NCBI GenBank assembly: GCA_028281385.1
Contig: JANQJY010000098.1
Coordinates: 11,180-75,179 of the forward strand
Source: Rickettsiales bacterium
GTDB taxonomy: Bacteria > Pseudomonadota > Alphaproteobacteria > Rickettsiales > UBA3002
Direction: 5' to 3'
Length of the DNA stretch: 64,000 bases
The notes below the pieces were generated by a model that did no database searches, was not told the origin of the DNA, and was given only the letters and a program-made list of their open reading frames with translations. The position numbers and the translations under genes are program-made. Positions 9,410 to 18,889 of the stretch are shown here, piece after piece (the first letter of the stretch is position 1; each line of letters opens with the position of its first letter).

Positions 9410-10258
9410 TTAACTGCTTCTGGTTGTTGAAGTTTCAAAGATCTTATCGGTTCCTGGCACATGTGGTTCGCCGCGAAAATTCACGGCATTGTTAAAGCGC
9501 GATATGCAGGTTTCGAATGTCTTGTCACACCCGGCTTCGGCACTATACCCATCCCCCACATTGACATCATACGGCATCGGCAAGACAGTGATAAACTGCC
9601 CGTTTGCGAATTCCTTGATTTCCATCGACAGTCCGGCATTGGCACCGCTGGTAAAGGTCATCAGACCAAAAGCGAAATAGCCATCCTCTTCCGTGCGTGT
9701 GCTATCGGTAAAGATGTTGCGATCGCTCACAGACGTCAATGTACCGATATGGGTAAATCCGGTCATATTCATCTTGCATCGGCTGCCGCCCAACCTGGCT
9801 CTGCAGCCCGGTGCGTACAGTTCCCCGATCGTCTGACTGAGCTGCTGCGTCAATCCGCGCACTTCGGCAACAAACTGCCCGTCCTTGACGGTCACTTCTC
9901 CCAGCCAACCCGTGCGCAGCATCATCCGTCCCTGCGTCAGATCAGCATAATTGACCATAAACACTTCGATTTCAGCAAAATCATATAGTCCGGCGAGCAG
10001 GTCTTCTTCCGTAATGGCTGCGGCATCGAGTAATCCTTCGATATCGAGATTATCGACATTCAATGCTGCCGAACCGACGATAGAGGTCGGCGTAAAACCG
10101 GTGGCAGCCTGATAGGTGACGCTATCAAACAGGATGTCACGGTCATGATCGGTGAATCCGAGTACGGTATTATCGCGCCGCGTCACTTTCCAGCAGGTTG
10201 CAAGCGTCGTTACTTCTTCTGCCAGATGGGCTTTCAATTCACTAGAAATGGATTTCAT
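9410..10258 (-). CDS. RcGTA g13-like hub protein (DUF2163 / BR0599 family)
   Basis: ..TTLATCWKVTRRDNTVLGFTDHDRDILFD..TYQAATGFT..VDNLDIEG..ITEEDLLAGLYD.AEIEVFMVNY is the characteristic N-terminal pattern. Confidence 0.9.
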   Translation of the reverse strand: MKSISSELKAHLAEEVTTLATCWKVTRRDNTVLGFTDHDRDILFDSVTYQAATGFTPTSIVGSAALNVDNLDIEGLLDAAAITEEDLLAGLYDFAEIEVFMVNYADLTQGRMMLRTGWLGEVTVKDGQFVAEVRGLTQQLSQTIGELYAPGCRARLGGSRCKMNMTGFTHIGTLTSVSDRNIFTDSTRTEEDGYFAFGLMTFTSGANAGLSMEIKEFANGQFITVLPMPYDVNVGDGYSAEAGCDKTFETCISRFNNAVNFRGEPHVPGTDKIFETSTTRSS

Positions 10259-10282
10259 AGATATTTTCCTTCGTCATGGAAT

Positions 10283-10888
10283 CTAAATTCTAATCTCTAT
10301 AATCGGGATATCACTCCAGCTTCTAACACCATAATTCTCCAACGTTGCCGAAAGTTGGTCGGTATCGAACCGCACCGGCACATCAAATTTAAAATCAGCG
10401 GTAATCACCGCACTATTCGCCGGCGGTGTAGTGAAACTCACCGCACCGGTAGTGGTATCTATTGTCACGCCGCTGGTTTGTTCAATATCATCAACATAGA
10501 TAGTGACACTTCCACTGACCGGTTTGGTAATGGTTCGCGATTCATTGCCGCTACCGCTGCTGTAATTTTTCACCAGTTGAAAATCGGTGGTGCTGCCATC
10601 GCCCGTGCCGATCGTTTCTCCGGCAGTTTCGAAATCCGTCCAGTCTTTGAAACGAAACCCGTGCGCCCGTCCTTTGCGTGCACGGAAAAACGCAATCAAT
10701 AGATCGAGCTGTGCTTGCATTTTGACTCCATGCGCAACATTATAACGCGCACGTGCCTGCATCCAGTTACTGTTACGTTGTTCATGCCCGCCCTGGGTAA
10801 CAACAATATCGGTCGAATAACCGGGTCCACCAGATGAGCCATAGCTGATATCCGTTGGGAACTGCACCTCGTGAAAGGCCATAATCAA
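10283..10888 (-). CDS. RcGTA g12-like distal tail protein (DUF2460 / TIGR02217 type)
   Basis: MAFHEVQFPTDISYGSSGGPGYSTDIVVTQGGHEQRNSNW..RARYNVAHG..LIAFFRARKGRAHGFRFKDWTDF is the signature of the family; start is 10888 or 10882. Confidence 0.9.
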   Translation of the reverse strand: MIMAFHEVQFPTDISYGSSGGPGYSTDIVVTQGGHEQRNSNWMQARARYNVAHGVKMQAQLDLLIAFFRARKGRAHGFRFKDWTDFETAGETIGTGDGSTTDFQLVKNYSSGSGNESRTITKPVSGSVTIYVDDIEQTSGVTIDTTTGAVSFTTPPANSAVITADFKFDVPVRFDTDQLSATLENYGVRSWSDIPIIEIRI

Positions 10889-10918
10889 TCTCCGTAAATA
10901 ATGGTTAGTGAGTAGCGT

Positions 10919-12250
10919 TTAAGACGTTTTTTGCGCCGCTTGTCTGGCGGCCAGTTCCTGCTGTGCCTTGACCATCTCGACAAAGCTGTCACCCTTGCGC
11001 ATGTTGGCACCACGTTGCACGGCTTCTGTCCATTTACCGACAGGTTTTCGCTCCTGCGCATGAGCGGTCGGCTGCCTGTCCACCGTAACCTTGGCGGAGG
11101 CGGAAGGCCGGAGCGAATGCGAATGACCTTCATCCTCTTCCAGATACCGGTCCACCCGCTCTACTGCATCTGCAATAAAAGACCGTCCTTCGTGATCCTG
11201 TACGCGATTCGCCGTTGTAATCGGTGCCTGCATTGCATGATCCGTCGGGCCAAGCCTGTCGATCAACCGGCCGATCATCAAACGCCCGGCATCCACACCT
11301 TGATTCGCGGCAAACGCATCTTCCGCACAGAGCCGCGTCAACGCGTCATATTTGCGCATCAGCATCAACTGCCCGCGTTCGCTCAGTGCATGAAACGGTT
11401 CGCCATATTGATTTTTAATCGCTTCATACAGATAGGGGTTTTGCGCTATGCGTACTTTGAAAATATCCAGCGCAGTAACCTTTTCACCTTCCATTTGTTT
11501 GGCAATCACATTATCGATATGCATCGCCGGGTTTTGCTGGTCATCGACATCCATAACATTTTTACCGATATAAGTACCAAGTGGATAACCGATACTGAAG
11601 CCAATAAAGCTACCAACCAGTCCACCTATTACCGCTAACGGCCCGAGAGCCGTAATCGCAACCCCAACAGAACCAAGCACAAACGCGCCTATGCCAGCTC
11701 CCACAAGCCCAGCCATATTCAGCCATGGATGTTTCTCTTTGTCTTCTTCCAATGCGTCAAGGGTACGATGCAGACTCTTATTGGTACGTGCCGCATATTC
11801 CATGGCATTTTCATCCACACGATTTGAGTCGATATCCAACTGCTCGGCAATTTCTTCGCGGTATTCATCCAGCACCATCTGGCGCTGTTTGTTATATTTA
11901 TACTGCGCATTAATAAACCCAAACGGTGCGCCGATAACCGCACCTGCAGGCCCAATCGGTAATCCGGTTTCCGCTATTTCCAGCAGGTAATCCGTGGTCA
12001 GGGTATCGCCGATTTTCTGCGGCACTCCTTTCATCTGACCGCCAACGATGGGAATCTCCATATTCCTTACCATCTGCGGCACCGGCACATGATCGCCCCA
12101 AGTATGGACCAAAGATTTCTTTTCCATTTCCCCCTTCGGATCGATTGAAACTCCTGCCGGATGACTTGCCGTCACCTGCGCACGCCTTGCCTGGCCATAA
12201 TCATACTGGAACGGATTAGGCTCAACCATTGGCACTCTCCTCTCCGGCAA
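10919..12250 (-). CDS. hypothetical protein with Gly-zipper TM hairpin (443 aa), in the position where a tape measure gene would be
   Basis: ORF ends 30 nt before g12 and overlaps the upstream ORF by 29 nt; segment GLVGAGIGAFVLGSVGVAITALGPLAVIGGLVGSFIGFSIGYPLG. Confidence 0.6.
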   Translation of the reverse strand: MPERRVPMVEPNPFQYDYGQARRAQVTASHPAGVSIDPKGEMEKKSLVHTWGDHVPVPQMVRNMEIPIVGGQMKGVPQKIGDTLTTDYLLEIAETGLPIGPAGAVIGAPFGFINAQYKYNKQRQMVLDEYREEIAEQLDIDSNRVDENAMEYAARTNKSLHRTLDALEEDKEKHPWLNMAGLVGAGIGAFVLGSVGVAITALGPLAVIGGLVGSFIGFSIGYPLGTYIGKNVMDVDDQQNPAMHIDNVIAKQMEGEKVTALDIFKVRIAQNPYLYEAIKNQYGEPFHALSERGQLMLMRKYDALTRLCAEDAFAANQGVDAGRLMIGRLIDRLGPTDHAMQAPITTANRVQDHEGRSFIADAVERVDRYLEEDEGHSHSLRPSASAKVTVDRQPTAHAQERKPVGKWTEAVQRGANMRKGDSFVEMVKAQQELAARQAAQKTS

Positions 12251-14072
12251 TGCTCATTTGCGGCGCTACGGCCACGGCCCCTTCATGCACAGCTGAATCG
12301 GTCATCAGGGTAGTCGGTGGAATATTCAGTTTCGCCGCACGTTCACGCAGGCTCTGGCGTCTTTCTTCCGCTTTGACCGGCGCCTCTTTTCGTTCTTTCA
12401 CCTTCTGTTCCAGCTCCTTGGCTTTGTCTTCCCTGAAGGCTTTGGCATTGGCTTCCGCCTGTTCTTTCTGTTTCATACCAAGCTCTTCGGCGATACGCTC
12501 TGTCCGCTCATTAAACTTCTCTTCACCGTCAATCTCAGCCAGCAATTCGGCAACGGGTATCTGTTCTTCCGCATATTCCTTTGCCAGCTGTTGCAAAAGC
12601 GGGTTCTCGATTCCACCAGTCGCTCCTGCTGCTTTGGGAGATGCCGCCATGATGATTTGTGCATAATAGTCCAGCGGCACGAAGGTTCCGTCTTTTTGCG
12701 CATCCTTAACCTGCACATAGCTGTTGAGGAAATTACCTTCACTTCCCAGCTTACTGCTTTCCCAATGTGCCATTTGCATCATGATGGCACCGCCCATCAA
12801 CAGCGGATTATGATGGCGCATGGTAAATAAAATATTCAGTGCCGAGTTACCTGCCGCTCCTATGGCTTCCGGTCCCAGATTCGCCCACATATTGCTGCGT
12901 GCCTGTTCGACCATTTTCGGCAGTTTGCCAAACAGGATCGTATAGGTAGACGCGTCTTTGCCGGTCAAGTCCTTATGCAATTCTTTCAGATAGGAAATCG
13001 ATTCAGTGAACCGCAGCGTCGTACGTCCGGTCTGATACGCAGCACCTGCTAACATACCACCTTTAAACCCGGCGTCAAAGACAGTCGTATTGGCTGCTGC
13101 TGATTTCAGCGCACTCATCATCGTACGTCTTCCGGCAGCCGCGTCCATACGCCCGGCGAGACCATGCGTACCTTCTTCGACATGCCGGAAATGCTCCGCC
13201 AACTTCGCCGCATGTGATGTTACCTCGGCACCCTTAGGCAGAACCTTAAGCGCCGCCTGTGCATCTGCCAAATGTGCTTTTGCTGTGGTCATGTCTGCAA
13301 CACCGTGCGTACTACCCAACGCCGCTCTAAATTTCCCGAGATGTCCTTCAATCTCGTGCATATACGCTGGCGTCTTAACAACCTCTGTACCAGCCTTTCC
13401 GAACAATCTTCCCGCGCGTCGTGTAATCTTGTTTAGGAAACCATTATGTGGGTCCTTCACATTCTGCATCAATGTATCCACATCGCTCAGTAGATTTTTG
13501 TGATGTTTTGCTAATCCCGATCTCTGCCATCTTTGCCACAGGGGGGAGGCTTCTCCAGTATGCAGCGTTTTCTCCGCAACGGCCTTTTCCACCGGACGTA
13601 TGTTGTCAGCAACATTATACAACGAACTGGATCCCAGATGCTTCGTATTCACATCCGCTACCGCACCGACCAGATTCGCCGGCAATGCACCTACCTGCCC
13701 AAGTTTTGTCGCCTTCATGGCTTCCGTCGGTGCACGCAGCAGGCTATCGGTTCCAACCCGGAAATATTTCCCGACCCATGGCAATTTACCAACCGTTGCC
13801 CCTAACAATCCGGCCAGCAATGGTCCGAAGAACTCAAGATTGAAGAACCCCCACCCGATGCTATCCCCTTCATTCAATACTTGGAATTCGACATCATCAT
13901 AAAGATGATGGCGTTCTTTGAGAGGCGGTACATTATTCTGTAGTTCATTCGGCAGATGTGCCGCTGTTTTTCCGGTAGAATGTGTGGTGGTGCGCGCAAC
14001 ATTCCCTACCCCGGCCAACTGGCTGGTGACGTTGCTGGCGGCTTGCGCTGTCTGAACGGGGGTACTCACCAC
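12222..14072 (-). CDS. hypothetical large helical protein (616 aa)
   Basis: GTG start with AGGAAAAG RBS; box promoter at 14110..14153; Lys/Glu-rich coiled C-terminus. Confidence 0.6.
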   Translation of the reverse strand: MVSTPVQTAQAASNVTSQLAGVGNVARTTTHSTGKTAAHLPNELQNNVPPLKERHHLYDDVEFQVLNEGDSIGWGFFNLEFFGPLLAGLLGATVGKLPWVGKYFRVGTDSLLRAPTEAMKATKLGQVGALPANLVGAVADVNTKHLGSSSLYNVADNIRPVEKAVAEKTLHTGEASPLWQRWQRSGLAKHHKNLLSDVDTLMQNVKDPHNGFLNKITRRAGRLFGKAGTEVVKTPAYMHEIEGHLGKFRAALGSTHGVADMTTAKAHLADAQAALKVLPKGAEVTSHAAKLAEHFRHVEEGTHGLAGRMDAAAGRRTMMSALKSAAANTTVFDAGFKGGMLAGAAYQTGRTTLRFTESISYLKELHKDLTGKDASTYTILFGKLPKMVEQARSNMWANLGPEAIGAAGNSALNILFTMRHHNPLLMGGAIMMQMAHWESSKLGSEGNFLNSYVQVKDAQKDGTFVPLDYYAQIIMAASPKAAGATGGIENPLLQQLAKEYAEEQIPVAELLAEIDGEEKFNERTERIAEELGMKQKEQAEANAKAFREDKAKELEQKVKERKEAPVKAEERRQSLRERAAKLNIPPTTLMTDSAVHEGAVAVAPQMSIAGEESANG

Positions 14073-14109
14073 ACACTTTTCCTATCTAAAAACTTTTCCA
14101 CTATTTCTC

Positions 14110-14153
14110 AGTATAATGGTAAATGGCGTGTGATTTTATGAAGCTTTTGTGAA
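14110..14153 (-). promoter_or_regulatory. box promoter b (ttcacaaaagcttcataa, 20-nt spacer, tatact)
   Basis: Box at 14136..14153, -10 at 14110..14115; upstream of 12222..14072, 10919..12250, g12 and g13. Confidence 0.55.
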
Positions 14154-14160
14154 GACTGGA

Positions 14161-14224
14161 GGGATTGGGCATTAGGGATTAGAAAATCTAATGCTCAATG
14201 CCTACTCCCTAATGCCTAGCTCTA
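14161..14224. repeat. heptad-type palindromic element (ggcattaggga / tccctaatgcc)
   Basis: 11-bp perfect inverted repeat at 14168..14178 and 14206..14216; supplies the stop of 14202..16466. Confidence 0.65.
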
Positions 14225-16466
14225 AAATATCCGAAACTGTACCATAATGCAACACATGATCCACGGTGGCATTGGTTATCTGGCGTTCAATGCCTTCCGG
14301 CTGCGTTGGTTTGCTTTTCATTTCTTTCACTCCGTCTATGCCTTGTTCTTTGATTTTCTGAGCGGCGTCTGACAATTTTTCTATTTCCGCTTTCGTCATG
14401 CCCATCTGCTTCAGTCGGTCGTCACCAAGACTGACAAGCCCCATGATAGCATCCAGTAAATACTGTTCATATTGCGCTTTGGTTTTCTCGCGAATCGCCG
14501 TAATTTCCTTTTTCTTCAGACCTGCCGATTCCAGAATACTGTTCGGAAAAAATGATGCGTATACCGCTTTTTCCTCTCCTTCCATTGCATTCAGAGCATC
14601 ACGCAACTGATCCTTGCTGAAGGCGGCATCACCGAAATAACGCGACTCATCGACATGTATCTTTTCTTTTACTTTTTCTGCCAGACGTGCAAGCTGACGT
14701 CTAACCACTTCCTCGCTGGCAATCGATTTTCCATCCATCCTGATGATATGACGGGTCCCTACCAAATGAATCAGTTGCAATGTACCTATCTCCCCATCGC
14801 GTAGTGCTTTGGCAATCAACTCAGACACTTTATAAAGTTTTTCATGCAACCGTTTGCCGATCTTATTATTGGGGTTGCAGTCTTGTTCATGCTGCTGGAA
14901 TATCTGTGCAATATAGGTTTCAAGTGTCACTTCATTTTTATTGTCTTTGCGGTCGACATTCATCTGTGGCGGTAGTTTGTAGCGTTCCAGTGATGGATCA
15001 TCTTCTATTTGTCCTTTCAGATACAAAATCATATCCAGCGCAGTGACGGGCTGTGTCACTTTTGTGCGGTTACTATTGAACTGATTGGCAAACATACTCA
15101 CGACAAAAGACGCAGCTGGTACAGCAAAATTCATCTTATTTTCCGATGGCAGATACTCCGGCACATCGGATGTTTGCTTCCCGACTTCTTCTGCCAGTCC
15201 GGTGAGTTCTTTTTGCGCCTGCTCGTAGGATTTTTCTCTGCTTAAGAAGCCTTCCGCCTTGCTGTGCAATTCTTTTGCCCGCGCGAGGATTTTCTCCTGC
15301 TGCATTTTAATCGCATCCATGCTGTTGCCTGTTTTGGCCGTAATCTCTTCGAGTTTTTCACGCTGGAATGCATCAGCGCCAAGCGCGCCTGCGCGATGGT
15401 TCATTCTAAGTGCGTTATAGACAAATATCGGCAGTCTCTGGAATAGATTGATGAAATTATGACCACGTTGCGTGTTCAGATCATAATGGATTTTGCGCCG
15501 CGCATTATAAATCACTTCATTATCATCTTTGCGTACACGCATCAGCGACAGATAGCCATGCTGTTTTTCGCCTTTAATATCATCGAGAATCGGCGAAACA
15601 TTCTTTGCCAGCCTTTGCATATTCTGCTGATATCTTTTTTCTGTTTGCCACATCGCATTGATATCGACCCAGTTGGTCACTCCGAACAAGGCCGTATACG
15701 CCGTTGCCAGTGCGGTTATGTGACGGTGGGTGGCGTGCATACCGGTGGTTTTGAGCACCTCCTCAGTCATACCATAGGTTTTCTTGCCTATCCAGTTACC
15801 GACGCCCAGCGCTGCCAGGCTATACATCATCGACAGGCCCGCCGCATATTCACGCTTTATACCGACCAATCCGAAAAGCGAGACTTCCTTGCTTTCTTCA
15901 TCGACGACCATGCCCGGCAGTTCTTTGAGTTTATCATCGGTCATATGTTCGCCGAAACTCTGTGCCTGACTGCCAAACTGCTGGAACAGATTTTTCATCG
16001 TATCGTTTACCGGAAGCGTGTCCGCCGCACTGCCCGCCAACTTCGCCATGGCCGCACCGGCGGCATTCATATCGCCGCCCTGGAAAGCACCCTGTAGTTG
16101 CTGCGCCTGCGCCATGGCCTGCTGTCCTTGTGCCATCATATTCGCGGCATCGCCCATACCGTTCGCTTTCATCTGTGCCTGGGTAAATGCCGCCATCTGC
16201 TCCGGCGAGGCATTATGCATGCTGTTCATCATCGCGTTGATCTTCTCAGGCGATTGCGCAAGCGTATCCGCCACCGTACCGACACTTTCGGCATTCACCA
16301 CGCTTGACACAGTATCTTTCGTATCCCTGGCGGCGGCTTCCAGTGACTCACTCATTTCCTTCACGGCTTCATCATCTGTTTCTTTTTTTGCCATAGTCTC
16401 TTTCTTTTTCGCCTTCACTTTGCTCCTGTGCCTGAGCGGTCGCGTTTGCGACATGACATCCGACAA
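14202..16466 (-). CDS. hypothetical large protein (754 aa; alternative start at 16394)
   Basis: Long ORF; the first 24 codons are encoded by a family-A repeat, so ATG 16394 (MAKKETDD..) may be the real start; box promoter at 16519..16562. Confidence 0.6.
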   Translation of the reverse strand: MSDVMSQTRPLRHRSKVKAKKKETMAKKETDDEAVKEMSESLEAAARDTKDTVSSVVNAESVGTVADTLAQSPEKINAMMNSMHNASPEQMAAFTQAQMKANGMGDAANMMAQGQQAMAQAQQLQGAFQGGDMNAAGAAMAKLAGSAADTLPVNDTMKNLFQQFGSQAQSFGEHMTDDKLKELPGMVVDEESKEVSLFGLVGIKREYAAGLSMMYSLAALGVGNWIGKKTYGMTEEVLKTTGMHATHRHITALATAYTALFGVTNWVDINAMWQTEKRYQQNMQRLAKNVSPILDDIKGEKQHGYLSLMRVRKDDNEVIYNARRKIHYDLNTQRGHNFINLFQRLPIFVYNALRMNHRAGALGADAFQREKLEEITAKTGNSMDAIKMQQEKILARAKELHSKAEGFLSREKSYEQAQKELTGLAEEVGKQTSDVPEYLPSENKMNFAVPAASFVVSMFANQFNSNRTKVTQPVTALDMILYLKGQIEDDPSLERYKLPPQMNVDRKDNKNEVTLETYIAQIFQQHEQDCNPNNKIGKRLHEKLYKVSELIAKALRDGEIGTLQLIHLVGTRHIIRMDGKSIASEEVVRRQLARLAEKVKEKIHVDESRYFGDAAFSKDQLRDALNAMEGEEKAVYASFFPNSILESAGLKKKEITAIREKTKAQYEQYLLDAIMGLVSLGDDRLKQMGMTKAEIEKLSDAAQKIKEQGIDGVKEMKSKPTQPEGIERQITNATVDHVLHYGTVSDILELGIRE

Positions 16467-16497
16467 TGGATCAAGTGGCAGAGCGAAAAGCGATAAA
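16434..16497 (+). repeat. family-A element (long-loop variant)
   Basis: gagcggtcgcgtttgcg..atccgacaatggat..aagtggcagagcgaaaagcg. Confidence 0.75.
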
Positions 16498-16518
16498 TAT
16501 TACTCCAGTTCACCTTAT

Positions 16519-16562
16519 ACTATAGCAATCAAACGATTAGACGCGTGTGACAATTGTGTGAA
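16519..16562 (-). promoter_or_regulatory. box promoter n (ttcacacaattgtcacac, 20-nt spacer, tatagt)
   Basis: Box at 16545..16562, -10 at 16519..16524; drives 14202..16466 through a family-A element. Confidence 0.6.
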
Positions 16563-16610
16563 ATGCTGCAGGGGTGAAATGGTGATGCCGTCACAACCAT
16601 TGCATGACTT

Positions 16611-16654
16611 TTCATGAAACTGTCACACTGTAGATCACCTCACAGCGGTATACT
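16611..16654 (+). promoter_or_regulatory. box promoter c (ttcatgaaactgtcacac, 20-nt spacer, tatact)
   Basis: Box at 16611..16628, -10 at 16649..16654; upstream of 16708..17373. Confidence 0.65.
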
Positions 16655-16707
16655 TAACATTGGCAAACTTTGTGTGAGGATAAGCGAAAAACGAATAACC
16701 GTATATT

Positions 16708-17373
16708 GTGGAAGATCAGAATACAGCAAGCCATGCAGACCGTGTAACGCATAATCTGCATCGTTCCCGGGCACGTGAATATCTCACATCGCAAATCGCA
16801 GCAGCAGCTGTGGCGATGGGTGCCGTGTGGCTTGGCCGTAACATAGCGCCCAAGGCCATGCAAAAAGCCGATAAAGCTATTGCCGACTATCTGGCACCTC
16901 ACATGCACGGAGAATCTGCTGCCTACATACAGAATTATGCGCGCCGCACTTTGAATTACACGACCATGCTAACCGGCGGTCTTATGACTACTGTTACCGG
17001 ACAAACGATTCAGGCCCGTCGTCGGCGTAGCGGCAAGGAACATGCCGATGACATCACCATATCACGCGATATTACACGCGTATTAACCGGTTGGAGCATC
17101 GGTGCATTTGGCGCCGTCGCGGCGCTGAATATTGCCGAACGTTATGGCCGCAAAGGCAGTGCCAAGGCCGTTACCGACATCCTTGACCGTGCGGAAAAAA
17201 TGCTCGATACACATCTCCTGCATGGTGCGGAATATGTGAAAGGCAATAAAATCTCCGAAGGGCTGGTTGCCAATGCCGTGATGGTTGCCGGCGCTACACC
17301 TGTCAGCATCGCAGCACAACAATTATATGATTCGCTCCGCTCCCATCCGGCCTATGAAAAGATTGAGCGGTAA
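16708..17373 (+). CDS. hypothetical membrane protein (221 aa)
   Basis: GTG-start ORF with several hydrophobic segments; box promoter at 16611..16654. Confidence 0.5.
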   Translation: MEDQNTASHADRVTHNLHRSRAREYLTSQIAAAAVAMGAVWLGRNIAPKAMQKADKAIADYLAPHMHGESAAYIQNYARRTLNYTTMLTGGLMTTVTGQTIQARRRRSGKEHADDITISRDITRVLTGWSIGAFGAVAALNIAERYGRKGSAKAVTDILDRAEKMLDTHLLHGAEYVKGNKISEGLVANAVMVAGATPVSIAAQQLYDSLRSHPAYEKIER

Positions 17374-17386
17374 TGTTTTTGTGTTT

Positions 17387-17446
17387 GAGCGGTCGCGTTT
17401 GCGGAATGCCGACTAGGCGTTACGCAAGTGGCGGAGCGAAAACGAA
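17387..17446 (+). repeat. family-A element (long-loop variant)
   Basis: gagcggtcgcgtttgcgg aatgccgactaggcgtt acgcaagtggcggagcgaaaacg. Confidence 0.8.
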
Positions 17447-17456
17447 TCATATGTTT

Positions 17457-17517
17457 GAGCGGTCGCATTTGTGAAATAACGACCAGCTATTGAGCAAGTG
17501 GCGGAGTGAAAACGAAT
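17457..17517 (+). repeat. family-A element (long-loop variant)
   Basis: gagcggtcgcatttgtga aataacgaccagctatt gagcaagtggcggagtgaaaacg. Confidence 0.8.
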
Positions 17518-17533
17518 GAATTGTAACAAAACC

Positions 17534-17578
17534 TTCACACAACTGGCAGCCATAAATAGCTAAAATGCTAGGTATATA
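17534..17578 (+). promoter_or_regulatory. box promoter d (ttcacacaactggcagcc, 21-nt spacer, tatata)
   Basis: Box at 17534..17551; upstream of 17688..18857, with a family-A element in the leader. Confidence 0.5.
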
Positions 17579-17609
17579 AATAAAAGTAGAAATAGTTAAA
17601 ACCGCGCTG

Positions 17610-17673
17610 GAGCGGTCGCGTTTACAAAACATCGACCAGATGTCGAGCAAATGGCGGAGCAACAGCGAAAAAA
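17610..17673 (+). repeat. family-A element (long-loop variant) in a 5' leader
   Basis: gagcggtcgcgtttacaaa acatcgaccagatgt cgagcaaatggcggagcaacagcg. Confidence 0.8.
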
Positions 17674-17687
17674 GTGAGTGGTGTGTT

Positions 17688-18857
17688 ATGGCCATACTTG
17701 ACAGAGCGCAAGAACAAATTGGTGCGGTAGCAAAAAAGGCAGAGAATGCTATCTATGATGGTTTATTCGGAGGCATTTTTAACAAACTGGGTATCGACCT
17801 GGATGCTGAATCTAAAAAATGGACCCAGATTTTCGATATTTTTGGCAAGCGGATAAGCGGTGATACCTCCAAAAGTACAGGCTGGACATGGATGGACAAA
17901 ATCACTGACTTTTTCAAAGGGATCAGCGACTGGATCGGTAAACAGATTTACAACCTCATCGGCAACGAACAGTTCGAAGAGGCCAATCAACTAGGATTTT
18001 CCAGAGTGGATGATCTGCTGAAAAAACCAGCAGCACAGCAGGAAATTGTTAAGGTAACCGGACAAAATAAAGAATTACACTCTGCCGTTACAGAGGCGAC
18101 GCACAAAGCCATCGCTCAAAGCCGAAAAGATCTCACCCATACCATGAGATCACTGGAGAATGTCGGGGCACATGTCAAAGATACAAGCTTTGCCAAAGTA
18201 AAAGAAGCGGTAATGAAACATTATTATAAGGAAGCCACCGGAGGGGAATACCGAGGCGATAATATAGAGGAACATATGCCGCCGGAAATTAAAACTCTGG
18301 CACACAATATTGCGACCTACACCTCTGAAGCCGTAGGTGATGCGTTTCTTACCGCACGCAAAAAAGAAAACCCCGTTAAGCTCGCCGTCATGGATGATCC
18401 AAACCTCACTGCCATGTTTCAAACGGCTAATGCATCGCTTACAAAGCTGCAAGGTACTTTACAGAAATATAACGTTGCCCAGGCTACCATAGATCAGTTT
18501 GGAGCATTAACAGATGAAACACAAGGCTTCACCAAAGCGCAGATGGAAAAGATGCGGAAAATGATCATCGAGGGCAACGTAACACAAGAGGCTATTCTTT
18601 TTCTTAGATCATCGAAAGGGCGAGACAAGCTGATTTCGGAATTTAAAGGCCCAAAAGAAACGGCGTTTGATGCAAAGTTTGAACAGGCAACAAGCATACG
18701 CACTGCCACAATAGGAGGCAACACAACAATGCTGGTGTTATCCGACGGAGACAAAGTGATTGATACCAGCATCAGCATACTAGGAGAGCTGACTGCTACA
18801 GCTGCACTACCGACCGACACAACACATGACGAAACAGCCCACAGAACACCATCATAA
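17688..18857 (+). CDS. hypothetical protein (about 390 aa)
   Basis: ATG 17688 (MAILDRAQEQ..) chosen because upstream codons are repeat-derived; box promoter at 17534..17578. Confidence 0.55.
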   Translation: MAILDRAQEQIGAVAKKAENAIYDGLFGGIFNKLGIDLDAESKKWTQIFDIFGKRISGDTSKSTGWTWMDKITDFFKGISDWIGKQIYNLIGNEQFEEANQLGFSRVDDLLKKPAAQQEIVKVTGQNKELHSAVTEATHKAIAQSRKDLTHTMRSLENVGAHVKDTSFAKVKEAVMKHYYKEATGGEYRGDNIEEHMPPEIKTLAHNIATYTSEAVGDAFLTARKKENPVKLAVMDDPNLTAMFQTANASLTKLQGTLQKYNVAQATIDQFGALTDETQGFTKAQMEKMRKMIIEGNVTQEAILFLRSSKGRDKLISEFKGPKETAFDAKFEQATSIRTATIGGNTTMLVLSDGDKVIDTSISILGELTATAALPTDTTHDETAHRTPS

Positions 18858-18889
18858 CAACCAGACACGGAGGTATCGCATAGCACCCC

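Noticed and set aside
14168-14178. TTAGGG / CCTAA motifs in the heptad elements as telomere-like repeats
   Set aside because: These are not tandem hexamer or heptamer arrays of one unit. The units vary, and the palindromic arrangement and position at gene ends fit a hairpin/stop element rather than telomeric DNA.
15459-16617. Plus-strand ORFs (15459..16097, 16018..16617) opposite 14202..16466
   Set aside because: They are antisense to the longer ORF, which has a box promoter. The translations are Cys/Ala/Ser-rich low complexity.
16611-16628. Assigning the 18-bp box to PhoB (Pho regulon) because it resembles CTGTCATAWAWCTGTCAY
   Set aside because: Only the half-site core and the 11-bp phasing match. 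The distance to the -10 is about one helical turn longer than at E. coli Pho promoters. None of the downstream genes is phosphate-related, and no regulator gene is in the window. It is kept as an OmpR/PhoB-like architecture only.
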